DNA from: Caecitellus pseudoparvulus
Taxonomy: Eukaryota > Protista > Bigyra: Bicosoecida
Assembly (NCBI GenBank): GCA_965644315.1
Contig: CBFFRQ010000061.1
Span: forward strand, 79,114-143,113
Length of the DNA stretch: 64,000 nucleotides
Reading direction: 5' to 3'
The translations under genes and the position numbers were made by a program. The notes below the pieces were generated by a model. That model was not told the DNA's origin. It searched no databases and saw only the letters and a list, made by a program, of their open reading frames with translations. The first letter of the stretch is position 1; each line of letters begins with the position of its first letter. Shown piece by piece: positions 44,501 through 55,616 of this stretch.

Positions 44501-44969
44501 GCCACGCCAATACAAGGGGGTGCTTGAACGTCCCAAGATAACTACTTAAGAAAGAAGCCAAGGGGGCTCAGACACCACGTGACCGGCTCGCTGCGCGTTT
44601 TTGCAGCGGCCTGGCGTTGGTGCAGTGCACCGAGTCACAACGTTGGCAGCTGCAAAGTGCCAGGCAAGCTGGGTATGACGCACTGCATCCTATTGTATGA
44701 TTCCACTTAGCACTGTTTGTTGTCTGAGAGTTTATTTTGCGCGAGTGCGTCGTCTGCCAGAATCTGCGCGGCCTTGGGCTTGCAGCCTGGTGCAGTGCAC
44801 CACCACGCTTTTTTCTCCCGCTTTAGCGCAGAGTATTCACAGCGATCCTCAACCCATGCCTGGCTCTCATCGCACAAAACCGACTAGACATGGTACGTTT
44901 TTCACGTGCGAAAGATGCATTGAGAGGCGTGTGTGGCGTTGGAGTTCAACGCCGCACACAACCAGACAC

Positions 44970-47150
44970 TCACCACCTGGATCGGCCACGAGAGCTGGAT
45001 CGGCCTCCGTAGCCGCCGCCACGGCCTCGGCCACCTCGGCCACCACCACGTCCACGTCCTCCACGGCCGCCACCCCGGCCTCCACCGCGCGCACCCTGGA
45101 AGGAGGGCTTGGCCTTGAGCTCCGGCAGCGTCTCGCACTTGGTGATGCCGGAGGTGGGCTCCTCCAGCGCATGCTCGATTTGGGGCATGACCTTGGAGGG
45201 CAGGTCAAAGACTGCTGCCGTTCCATCGGCGGCCAGGCGCATGCCCTTGATGCTCTCCACAATCTGTTCGGGCAGGTGGCGGCGCAGGGCGTTCCAGACG
45301 TAGCTGGCTGAGCGCATGCCCCCCTCCGCCTTCATGTGCGGGGCGGCTGTGTACTGCAGGGTCACCATGCCGTCTGCGGCGCTGAGCAGGGACCGGACGG
45401 GGAGGGAGTCTGTGTACCCGCTGGCGGCAGCCAGGGCGCGGGCGATGGTGTCCAGGGCATTGCCGTCGCACGCCTCCAGGGCTTCCTGTGCGGCGTCAGC
45501 GAATGCAGAGGCGACCTTGGCGTCCACGCCCACGACGCTGGCGACGGTCTCCTTGGCTGCGACGCCGACGAGGTCCGACACCTGGGGTGCGCCGATGCGC
45601 ACGAAAGTGTTCTTGGTGGCGCGCTCGATCTCGCGCAGGACGTGTTCGTCCCTGTGCGTGTACAGCGTGATGCAGGTACCCTTGGCCCCTGCTCGCCCAG
45701 TGCGGCCACTGCGGTGGACGTACGTGTCCACGTCCGCCTTGCCACTGAAGTTGCGCTGGGGGGGCTGTAGCTGCACGACCAGGTCCACGCCCTTGATGTC
45801 CAGGCCACGCGCGGCGACGTCTGTGGCGACGAGGCACCGGACACGCCCCTCCCGGAAGGCGGTGAGGGTGGTCTCGCGCTGGGACTGGCTGATGTCGCCG
45901 TGCAGGACGCCGCAGTCCACGGTGACGGCGGGGTCCACGCTCAGCTCGTTGGCGTCCTTCTTGGTGTCGCAGAAGATGATGGTGCGCCCCTTCACACCCG
46001 AGTACATGCGGATGAGGTCGTTGGTGGTGCTGGCGCGCACTTGCCAGGGCGCCTGGAGCACCAGGTGCTGCACGTCCTTGCTGGCTGCGCCAGACCCCTC
46101 CACGACGAGGTTGATGACCTTGGGGTCGGTCATGTACTTGCGCGAGACGTCCTTGCACCAGGAGGGCAGGGTAGCTGAGAACAGCACCACCTGGGGCTTG
46201 GAGCCCGACATGCCCGCGAGGGCCTCTGCGCCGCCCTTCACACCGGACGCAGCGGCCGCCTTGGCGTTGAGGTAGGGGTTGAAGTCCAGGATCTCGCGCA
46301 TGTCGTCTGCGAAACCCATGTCCAGCATCTGGTCGGCTTCGTCCAGCACGACATGGGTGAGGTTTTCCAAGTTCAACGTGCCGTTCTGGGCGTGGTCCTT
46401 GATGCGCCCGGGCGTGCCCACGACGATCTCAATGCCGCTGCGCATGGCCCGGCGCTGGGGTTCGTACCCCGTCCCGCCGTACACCACCAGCGTGCGCAGG
46501 GTGGGGGCGGTCAGCTCGAAGTCAGACGCGACCTGCTTGGCCAGCTCACGGGTGGGTGCCATGACGAGGATGGCGGGGCCTGCGCCCCCTGCGCGGCGCA
46601 CGGGGCCGCCTGGCGCCTGCAGCAGCTGTTCAATGGTGGGCAGCACGAAGGCCAGCGTCTTGCCCATGCCTGTGCGCGCACGGCCGATGAGGTCTGACCC
46701 GCCGAACAGAGGTGCGAAGGTGCTTGCTTGAATGGGGAAGAGGCTCTTGATGCCGCGAGCGTGCAGCGCTTTGACCGTCACGTCTGACAGCGGGAAGCGG
46801 GACAGCGGGGAGGTCTTGCCACCGATTTCCGCAGCTTTGGAGTCGTCTTCCGAGCCAGAGCCGTCACCGGCAGCGGCAGCAGCGGCCTTGCTGCCCAGCA
46901 TGCTGGACACAGCCGGGTCGTCATCCACGCTGCCCATCGAGCGTGTGCGGGGGCGCTTGCGTGCTGCAGGAACAGCGTCAGGGGAGGCGGCAGGGGTTGT
47001 CGCCGCGGCAGCCTCAGCTGCATCTCCGGAGACCACTTCCACCTCGCGGGAGCGCTTGGAGCCGCGCTCCTTCTTGGCCTTTTTGTCCTTCTTCTCCTTC
47101 TTTTCCTTCTTCTCCTTTTTCACCTTCTTGGCGCTGGCGTCGGACGGCAT
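44970..47150 (-). CDS. DDX21: DEAD-box RNA helicase DDX21/DDX50/plant RH7 type with GUCT domain and RGG tail
   Basis: Intronless. Q motif 'FPIQASTF', 'ARTGMGKT', 'PTRELA', 'TPGR', 'DEAD', 'SAT', 'ARGLDI', 'HRSGRTGRAG'; GUCT-like 'VRSLL...AVFDLP'; Lys-rich N-terminus; RGG C-terminus. Confidence 0.92.
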   Translation of the reverse strand: MPSDASAKKVKKEKKEKKEKKDKKAKKERGSKRSREVEVVSGDAAEAAAATTPAASPDAVPAARKRPRTRSMGSVDDDPAVSSMLGSKAAAAAAGDGSGSEDDSKAAEIGGKTSPLSRFPLSDVTVKALHARGIKSLFPIQASTFAPLFGGSDLIGRARTGMGKTLAFVLPTIEQLLQAPGGPVRRAGGAGPAILVMAPTRELAKQVASDFELTAPTLRTLVVYGGTGYEPQRRAMRSGIEIVVGTPGRIKDHAQNGTLNLENLTHVVLDEADQMLDMGFADDMREILDFNPYLNAKAAAASGVKGGAEALAGMSGSKPQVVLFSATLPSWCKDVSRKYMTDPKVINLVVEGSGAASKDVQHLVLQAPWQVRASTTNDLIRMYSGVKGRTIIFCDTKKDANELSVDPAVTVDCGVLHGDISQSQRETTLTAFREGRVRCLVATDVAARGLDIKGVDLVVQLQPPQRNFSGKADVDTYVHRSGRTGRAGAKGTCITLYTHRDEHVLREIERATKNTFVRIGAPQVSDLVGVAAKETVASVVGVDAKVASAFADAAQEALEACDGNALDTIARALAAASGYTDSLPVRSLLSAADGMVTLQYTAAPHMKAEGGMRSASYVWNALRRHLPEQIVESIKGMRLAADGTAAVFDLPSKVMPQIEHALEEPTSGITKCETLPELKAKPSFQGARGGGRGGGRGGRGRGGGRGGRGRGGGYGGRSSSRGRSRW

Positions 47151-47452
47151 GGCTGTCGTGTTTGGATCGGCGTCTTGTTCTCGGCTGCGGGAGCAGGCAA
47201 ACAAAGCTGAGCTGTGTTCTCGGCTGAAATGCGGCTGCAGCGGGAAGTGACGGAAGAACTGCACAAGGACACAGTCAAAATCAGTCTGCACGCAGTTTGG
47301 CGTGCTTTGGTTTGCACGGGCATTTGAAAAGTAGCAGCTTGAGGCGAATCGCCAGTCTGCTCATTTTCCGCAACTTCACCACGCCGAGGCGCCACTTCCC
47401 TTCCACGCTTGCAAGCGCCCAAGGCCACCGCGAACACACAGGTGCATTGTCC

Positions 47453-50400
47453 TCATGCAAATGGATCATCCTCAAAGGTGTCTGGTGCGGGTGCTGCCGC
47501 TGTGGTGGCCACGGGGGCTGGAGCCGGCGCGTCGCCAAAGGCATCATCTCCAAACGCATCGTCCCCGAAGGCATCATCAGCAGGCGCTGCAGAGGGGGCT
47601 GCCTCCCCATCCCCAAAGGCGTCATCACCAAAGGCCGCATCGCCGAACTCGTCATCGCCGAAAGCTGCCTCTTCTCCCGTGCTCCCCTCTGGCTTGGAGG
47701 TGGCCTTGTCAGCCTGACCTTGGGATGAGGCATCAGCAGCCCCAGCGTCCCCAAACGCATCATCCCCGAAAGCATCATCACCAAACGCATCATCACCAAA
47801 CGCATCGTCTCCGAAGGCATCGTCGGAGGATGCCGCTGGCGCTGGAGCAATTGTTGCCCCTTCTTCAGCTTCCGGCTGCCCATCCTGTACCGGGGATGAA
47901 CCGGTGGCGGCCGGAGAGGCAGACTCTTCTGCCGCGGGGGCTTCAGCAGGGGTGCCGGGGGCCACGTGCGCTGCAGCGGGGGCCGGTGCAGACGTATCAA
48001 AGTCCCCGAAGCCCTCGTCGTCAAAGCCGTCCGCATCGTCAAAGTCAAAGTCTGCGTCGGTGACTGCCACGTTCACACCAGCAGCAGGTGCAGGTGCAGG
48101 TACAGGTGCAGGTGCTGGCTCGGCGGCAGGTTTGGTGGTTTCGGGTGATGGGGAGGCCGGCGTGGCTGAGCCAGCCAGTGTGGCTGGCGTGGTCTCCGGC
48201 GCCACGTCAGGGCTGCCGCCGAGGGGGGGCAGCGGGGACGCCTCGGGCAGGCCCATGGACCCAAAGGCCTCGTCCAGGGACATGGTGCCTGATCGGGAGG
48301 AGGCAGCCTGGCTGCCACCGCCCATGCTGCTGGCTGCGGGCTTGTTGGGAGCTGGTGCTGGGGCAGGCGCTGGGGCTGGTGAGGGAGTGACGGAGAAGGG
48401 GGCTTCAGGAGCAGGGGAGGGGGCCTGGCGTGGTGCAGGCAGCACTGCCTCCGACCCTGGTGACGCTGAGCGCAGGGAGCCCAGTCCAGTCAAGGGGGGG
48501 ACCGCTGGCGCTGGTGCTGGTGCTGGTGCTGGTGCTGGTGCAGCCTGGGGCAGGGCGGGCGTCTGTGATGCGGCGGTGATTGCCTGCAGACTAGCCACCA
48601 CTGCGCTGAGGGCGGCCTCCTCGCCCCGGGTCGCGGACAGGTCTGCCGCCAGGGCTACCTTTTGCTGCAGGCTGCTCTCGTGCTCCCGGCGGGCAGCCGC
48701 GACCTTGGATCGCATCTCGGCCAACACCTGCTCGGCGGCAGCTGCCTGGCTGCGGCTGGCCGCTGCGTCTGCCGTTGCATCCGCCTTGGCCTTCTCCAGG
48801 GTGGCGATGGCTGCCTGGGAGGCTTGCAGTGCAGCCTGCAGCGCCTGCACCTCCTGCTGGTTCAGCGCCGCGGCGTGGGAGTGCTGCATGGCCACGCCCT
48901 GCAGTCGGGCAGCGGCGCCCTGTGCCGCGGCCGTGCTCGCAGAGCTAGCGCGAGCGGCAGCCACCAACTGGGCCAGCTCGGCAGACAGCTGCTGCGTCTG
49001 CCCCCCTGCGTCCGCCACTTGCTGCACCAGGCTGGCCAGGCGCGCCTTGGCCTGGTGTGTGGCGTCACTCCCCTGCTGCGTCTCTTCCCGCTGCGCAGCG
49101 GCTTGGCTTCGCAAGGAGGCCAGCGCGCCCTGCAGCTCCTGCACCTGGGACAGAACAGTGGACAGCTCGGCGGCATCCTTCTCAGCGCGGGTTTTGAGCG
49201 CTGCGATGCTGGCATTCAGCTGGTCCCGCTCTGTGGACAGCGCCTGCAGGGTGCTCAGGGCTGCGTCGAGGGCTTCGCCGGTGGCAGCCGTCATGCTGCG
49301 TTGGCTGGCCAGGTGACTCTGCAGCCCGCTGTTGACTTCTTTGGCAGCGCTCACCACGCCTGTGGCACCGGCCGCGAGAGCGCCCTCGGACACCCCTGCA
49401 CTGGCCGTTGCATGGTGCCGTTGGCTGCCTGGGCTGGGGGATTGCCTTGGCAGCGAGGCGTGGCTGTGGTGCATGCCACCGCTGCCGTGAGTGTTCGTGC
49501 TGCCTGCTCGAGGGGGAGCTGTGTGGCCAGGGGATGGCGCTTGCACTGGTGCTGGCTGGGGTGCTGGCTGGGGTGCAGGTGCAGGCGCAGGGCTTGGTGC
49601 TGGGTCAGCGGCGGGGGGGGGTGTCGGTGCGGGCTTTGGCTTGGACTTGGGCTTGAGGTCCAGGTCGAGGGCAGCAAATGCGCCAGAGAGGCGGCTAGCC
49701 GAGGTGGAGGAGCCCATGACGGGCTTGGGAGCTGGTGGCGCAGCACCCGTGATGAAGGCACGCAGCTCGGGCGGCAGGGTGTCGGGCATGGTGCGGCCGC
49801 GCTTGGCGACGCCCAGCACCAGCTGCATGGCCACCGTGAACTCCTTCTCGTCCAGGGCATTGTCGCCGCCGACGTCTGCGAGGCGGAAGGCTGTGCGCAG
49901 CTGATCGGGTTCCAGGCCTGACCGGCGCAGCACGCCGGCAGCCACCTGCGCTGAGAGCAGGCCGCCTGCGTCTGGCTTCTGCGCCGCGAAGACTGTCTTG
50001 AGCTTCGCAGCGTCTTCGGCAGAGACGGCCCAAGAGGCCGCCGCGCCAGTCGTGGAGGCAGATGCAGCAGAGGCCACAGAGGAGGCTTTGGGGGCAGGCG
50101 CAGGTGGCGTAAAGCCCTCAAACTTCGGCATGGCGGGGTGGTCACAGTGTGTGTTGACTGCGCCGGCGCTGGGCTGGGCCACACCTGCCTGCGCCAGTGC
50201 CACGAGGCGGCAAGCTACGCGGAAGGCACCCTTGGTCAGGGTCGTCTTCCCATCACTAGCGACGTTCCATACCTGCACTCAAGCGTTGGGGGCGTAAGGG
50301 GCTCGTGATAGCGGTGTCCGTGGCAGGCGCTGCAACTTCCGCACGCCTCACCTGCCGCAGAGTGTCCACGGGGAGGCCAGACGTCTTCAGGAATGCAACG

Positions 50401-50637
50401 GTATCCTTGCCACTCAGCGAGCTGCCTCCTTCTTTGTTCGCTTGGTCAAAGTACCACTCGAACGTCGCGACTTGCTGGGGCGACGGCACCCACACTGCGC
50501 AGGCGTGGCAGCTTCGTGAGCAGTGGCAGCAGCACACAGCGTGGCACAGCGTCCATACCATGGGCTCCTGGCATGGAGGCGAACCTGGAAGCTGACGAGC
50601 TGCCAGCTGGCACTCCTGACATGGACGCGTGGGCCAT
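47453..50637 (-). CDS. EH-domain protein (Eps15/synergin-like) with coiled coil and adaptor-ear-binding acidic-Phe motifs, 3 exons
   Basis: Introns 50495-50558 and 50273-50351. Two EH domains ('FLKTSGLPVDTLRQVWNVA', 'LRRSGLEPDQLRTAFRLADVGGDNALDEKEFTVAMQLV'), an Ala/Gln coiled coil, and C-terminal DDAFG/FGDF/DPF motifs. Start is at 50637, 50622 or 50574. Confidence 0.85.
47530..47830 (-). repeat. 15-bp-period coding repeats encoding (DDAFG)n in three clusters
   Basis: Translation 'SDDAFGDDAFGDDAFGDDAFGDDAFGDA', 'AAFGDDEFGDAAFGDDAFGD', 'DDAFGDDAFGDDAFGD'. Confidence 0.85.
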
Positions 50638-50816
50638 GGGTGACGCAGCAGCACACACGCTGGTGCGGCAGGCTCGGAGCAGGTGGTCTGGTCTTTCAAG
50701 CAGCGTGACGCCTGCACGGCCCGTGGCAGGTGGGGTGGCAGGCTTTCCCTGGATGCAAGTTGAATTTGTGGCCGGGCGCCTTGTGCGCTCCCTCTGCCCT
50801 CTCTGTGCGCGGCCCA

Positions 50817-52387
50817 TCACATGAAGCCTGCCGAGAAGCCTGGGAAACCGGCCATCCCCTCAGTCTGCTGTGGCGCGAGTCCCTTGGGCGGCGGCACTTT
50901 GGGCCCCACGCTGAGCGAGTGCAGGTCAAAGGCAGCCTTCAACGCGAGGCCTTGGGCCTTCGCAACAAAGGCGTCTGCCACCTCCTCGGCGTGTGCGTAG
51001 GCTGCAGTGCGGGGGTCGGTGTGCTTGGCCAGCAGCTGGCCCTTGGCCGAGTCGATGCGAAACTGCAGGCGGCCATCGGCAATGAGCCCCGCGACTTCTG
51101 ACGTGAGGTTGGCCACGGGCATGTCCAGGGCGCTGGCCATGGTGGCCAGGGAAATGGTCTTGTATGGCCCGCAGTACAGCACCATGGCCCGTGCTCGGAT
51201 GGCGACCAAGAGGTGCCGCAGGTTGCCACCGACCCACGGGTCCACTTGCAGGGTTGCCTGAGATGCAGGAAAAGGGGGGGTTTGGTGCAGTGGGTGTGCG
51301 GGTGTCAAACGCAGTGCGCCCCGCCGCTGTGCGTCTCCAACGCACCATGAGCTGTGTGATGCTGCGGAAGCAGGAGGCGTACTCGGAGTGCACGAGGCCC
51401 TCCACTGCCGTCTTTGCGAGGGCGTTCGCCTCCCAGAACGCCCTCAGGCTCTTGCGCTCCAGGAGGCCTTGCTTTAGCTCCTCGCGTGAGAAGGTGGCGA
51501 GCGCTGCCAGGGCCAAGTATGCAGCGACGTCTGCCGTGGTGGCAAAGGCGGTGAAGGTGCTGCCCAGGTCACTCGTCGTGTCAGCCAGGGCGTGGGCGGC
51601 AGCGTAGAAGTCCCGGCGGCCCAGGTGGGACAGGCCACGGGCCACAGACACTTGCGCCTGCAGCACCCTGTGACGGCGGCAGTTGGTGCGGGTGGCGCGC
51701 ACTGAGCTGCAGAGGGCACGCAGCCTATCACGCACGAGTCCTCCTTGCAGGCCGCAGAGGACCTGATCTTGTTGGCGTACACATCCACATGAGACCAGTG
51801 CTTGAGCTCGAGGCAGACGCGCACGATGGCCAAGTACGTCTGCCCAGCCGCGGCAGCGGACGAGTAGTCACGGGCGCGCACGAAGCTTTTCAACGCAGCC
51901 TGCAGATCCCCGGCAGCGTACTTGAACTCTCCATGCGCCATCAGGGCAGTCTGTGGGCGGCGTGGAGGGGTGCCGTGGAAACGCTGCGTGCGCCGCCACC
52001 ACGCCAAGCACTCGCAGCCCCTGCACGCACGCGGATGTTGTCGCGGACTTGGTTTGCGGTGGCGATGTTCAGTTGCCGCTCCAAGACAAGGGCCTCCTGC
52101 TGTGCCTTGGCCGCAGAAGCCGCCACAAAGCTGTCATCCATGGGCTGGCCTGCTGCGCCGCACACCCTCTCGTACAGCTCCAGGTTGGTGCCCTCGCTCT
52201 TGATGGCGTCCAGCAGAGCCACCAGGGCGACGTCTGCCTCGGGCTGCTTGGTCTGTGCCAGCAGTTGCAGGCGCCTGTACAGGCCATGGCCTGAGTACGT
52301 GGCCAGCAAGTCCTGTGTGGAGGGTGTGCCGGCAGGCTGTGCCTGTGCCGCCGGCGCGGCGCTGCCGCCTTTGCTCTCCTGCGCCAT
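50817..52387 (-). CDS. CSN1: COP9 signalosome subunit 1 (RPN7 + PCI domains), 4 exons
   Basis: Exons 52387-52031, 51950-51736, 51667-51346, 51257-50817; GTGCGT...CAG introns join in frame. Motifs 'YSGHG..RRL', 'GDLQAALKSFVRARDY', 'DVAAYLALAALATFSREELK', PCI 'PYKTISL..MA..L...LI.DG.L..RIDS'. Confidence 0.88.
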
Positions 52388-52514
52388 GGCAGCAGCACAA
52401 GTCCAGCCGCTGTCAGAGGTGTCTGCTGGGCAACTTGGCAGAGCGTGGAAGCTGCAAGCGTCATGGGTCCGTGGGAGAGTGGATAGTGGTGTGAGGAGTA
52501 AATTGGACATATGG

Positions 52515-52958
52515 TCAGAATTGAACAGAGTGCAGGGGGTGTGCTGGCACCGCCTGTGCCCCCGGCACCAAACGAGCAGCAGAACGAAGGTGGCCCCAAC
52601 TAGGGGCCTCCAGGGTGACATCAGGCGGCGAGGCGGGGCGTGGGTCATCCGTGATGACGCTGCAGGGCGCGGGCGGCACCGTGAGCAAGGTCGGGCGCAG
52701 GGTGACGCAGCATGGTGCTGGGGCGAAGGTGGCCGAGGCGTGGGGCGGGTCTGAGCTGTTGCGAAGAGGCAGGGCAGTCGCGCTGTGGCGGCCGTGCAGG
52801 GGGGAGGCGGAGCGCCCTTCAAACGCAGCCGCCGGCGTCAGCGCCGCACCGCCGCTATCCGCAGAGGCGCACAGCGGAGCAGGCAGGCTGAAGCTCTGTG
52901 TTGCATCGCGCACAGGCTGGGCGTCTTGCGGCGGGAAAGCCGACTGGACAGAGGGCAG
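52515..52958 (-). pseudogene. Orphaned 3' coding fragment of the PAS-like gene, separated by the transposon
   Basis: Open frame from 52958 to the stop at 52515-52517, in frame with the codon formed by the TSD at 57972-57974. Confidence 0.55.
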
Positions 52959-52961
52959 CAG

Positions 52962-52978
52962 GGCCGTGTCTCATTGAG
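52962..52978 (+). repeat. Left terminal inverted repeat of the Harbinger element
   Basis: GGCCGTGTCTCATTGAG, preceded by TSD CAG. Confidence 0.88.
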
Positions 52979-53280
52979 GCCAGCGGAGGCCTCTGAATCG
53001 AGAAAATCTGTGAAACGAGAATGCATTTTTTGAAGTTCACGGAAAAGTGCTGCAGGCAGCATGTTTTGTCACCTTGACACTAACAGAGGATGTTAGACTT
53101 GAACGGCCGCTCTGTCGTGTGCAACAGAGCGTTGTTTATCGAGCCTATTAGCATGCGGAATTTGCCACTTGCTGGCAGTGGTTTGTGTACCATGGCGAGC
53201 AGTGCAGATATGGATATCAAACTCTACTTTTAAACTATTCACAGTAAGTTGTGAGCATACTCTTGGAATGATTTGCTGCC

Positions 53281-55501
53281 ATGTCTGGCCGCAAGCGCCC
53301 CCGGAATGCACGCGTTCAGGCAGATGCGCCGACGAGTGGCAAAAGAACCGCAGTTGAAGGCTCGCAAGCGGACACACATGCACTGGTCCGACAGTTCCTT
53401 CAAGGTAACGCACCGACTTCCCGACTGCGGACGGGCGCGAGGCTCGGGGCAGCAGGACGGGTGTTTGAGCTGCCTGCAACGCCTCCAGGAAGCGAACTCG
53501 CTGCGCAAGAATCACCCGCCATCGCAACGCCTACCAGACCAGTCCGGATTGCTGCCCTTACAGCAAGCATTGCCAGGAGGATGAAGACAAACGCTAAGGA
53601 ACAACTGGAAGCTTTCGGTTCGTTTTCATTTCCGCTGTGTGAAACTCCGAAACGCTTCTCGCAAACACGCCTTCCTGACTCTGCCCGCAGACGAGGTCGT
53701 TGACATGAGTGGTGATGAGGGCAAGAGTGACAGTTCAAGTCCTGACTTGGAGAGTGGTGGTGTGTCCTGGACAGCTGGCAGCCCTTCCCCACCACGGAGT
53801 GCTGCTGGTGCCGTCGGCGCGACACCAGCTGCCACTTCCCCTGCCCGTGCGTTGATGCGTCTCGACTCAGCGAGCCCAATTCCGTGGGCCTCTACTGATC
53901 GAGCTCTGTTGCAAACACCGTCCAAGAATGGGGTGCAGACGCACCCTGACAAGAAGGAGTTCGCCACCTTGATGCCGTCGTCGACCTGGGCTGCCTTTGG
54001 AAACAAAGCAAGTGCATGGAGAATGTCTGGAGCTATCGTTCGTCTGGGTGTTCGTGAGGGTACCATTGACTACTCATCTCTTGGGGGTCGTGTTGTCTCG
54101 TCGGGTGAGCCATGCCCGGAAGGCTCTGACAGAAGCCTGTTCCGGACTTTTGCCACACAAGGGAGCAACAAGATGCGAAGTGGCATTGTGGGCAAGAGCC
54201 TAGCTCACAAATTCTTGCCGTTGCTGCTCACTGCCTTCGAGGAGCATGACACGAACATGCTAGGAAGGCCATGGCCGGAGCGAGACGACTCAAAGTACAT
54301 GGTGTTGGTTTCAACACCAGGTAGTGATTCCCAAGAAGCCTTCCTGTCGTGGTCAGGCTTGGTCCTGGTTTCAAGCCTCCTTCGTGAGGCTCTGGTTCCA
54401 GCTTCAGGTACTTGGGCCAGCCTCGAAACGTTGAAGAAACAGGTTGACATCATCAACGGGTCTGAGGGCAGAAGGACGGGAAGCGGGGGGGCAAGCGAAC
54501 CCACAGCCCCTAGCCACCCTGGTGCTCCCTCTCTTGATTTAAATGGAAAGAAGTACACACGTTGGGACATCACGAAGGTGGGGTGGAGCAGGGCACGAAA
54601 CGCAAGCGCCGCTGCGCGCTTGCGCTTCCAGCGCCTGCGGTGTAGCGTAACGAACAAGGAAATGTGGTTGCCTGTGGGACCAACTGATGACTTGCGCTAT
54701 CCACCCCTGAACGGTGGACTGCTTCCGGGCGAGCTGATGAATTATGCAAGCGTGTGCCAAGGCAAAGCCAGGCCAAAGGCAACGATGTCTTCAGTGCCTC
54801 GCAACATCACCAACGGGATATTTGCAGAGGCTAGATCTGAAGGATCACACACAGTAGCCTCGCTGTTGGCGAGTGGCAGGCCCGCTGCGTTGCCCACTGA
54901 AAGTCCGCGACAGGGCGGAGAGTACCTATCAGGTGCGGGGAGTGGAACGAGCACGGGAAGCCGTGTTGCTGCTGTTGCAAAAGCAACTGGAGCCCTGGAT
55001 GGAGGTCGCCTGGGGTCTGGCACGTCACCACCAGCCGCAGGCATGCGTGACATCGTTGCCCGTTTGGCAGATTCGCTGGAGAAACGACAGGTTGCTGAAG
55101 AGGCAGCACGGGAACGACAAGCACAACAGGACGCCTCACTTCTTCAGTTTTTCCAGCAGTCCTTGCAAGTGCAGCAGCCCGCACCTTCGCTTTCGGTGCC
55201 TGCACCAGGTGCTGCTGCCGCACATAGTGAGCGTGCGGTAGATGCAGCGATATCAGGTGTAATTACAAGAGTGCAGGGGTGGTTGGACCTAAGCATCATT
55301 GACGGTGACCTTAGCATGCAAGAGCAGGTTCAGACTGTTTTGGAGCAGCTGCACAGCGGAAGTGTGCCTCCAACCTTGCGTGGCATGCCACCGCACCCGC
55401 TGTCAGACGCAGACAAGGAGCTGAAGGTCGCACGCGCCCGACTTCAAATGGTTACAGCCCTGAAGAAGCGTAGTGTTGCTGGGCAACCCATGCAGTCATG
55501 A
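53281..55501 (+). CDS. Harbinger accessory protein (ORF1, ~715 aa), 2 exons; positional equivalent of the Myb/SANT partner
   Basis: Exon 53281-53617, intron 53618-53690 (GTTCGT...CTGAC...CCGCAG), exon 53691-55501 in frame. N-terminal NLS-like 'RKRPR'; C-terminal coiled coil 'LEKRQVAEEAARERQAQQD'. Confidence 0.72.
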
Positions 55502-55616
55502 ACATGAGACAACACACTGCATTATTGACTGCCAACAGAGTCACCTTCCCAGTCACTCCCTTCATCACCTTCGCCGGCAGCCCCAGGCTGTTCAGGTGCT
55601 TGCAGGTGCAGAAGGG

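Noticed and set aside
27794-47150. Functional cluster of ribosome-biogenesis genes (CBF5, METTL15, DDX21)
   Set aside because: They are interspersed with unrelated genes and probably act in different compartments, which is consistent with chance in a gene-dense genome.
47530-47830. CRISPR-like or satellite interpretation of the 15-bp repeats
   Set aside because: There are no unique spacers, and the repeats vary at synonymous positions and encode DDAFG within a eukaryotic CDS.
48509-48541. (GCTGGT)n hexamer run
   Set aside because: It simply encodes a Pro-Ala linker in the EH-domain protein; it is not telomeric or a separate element.
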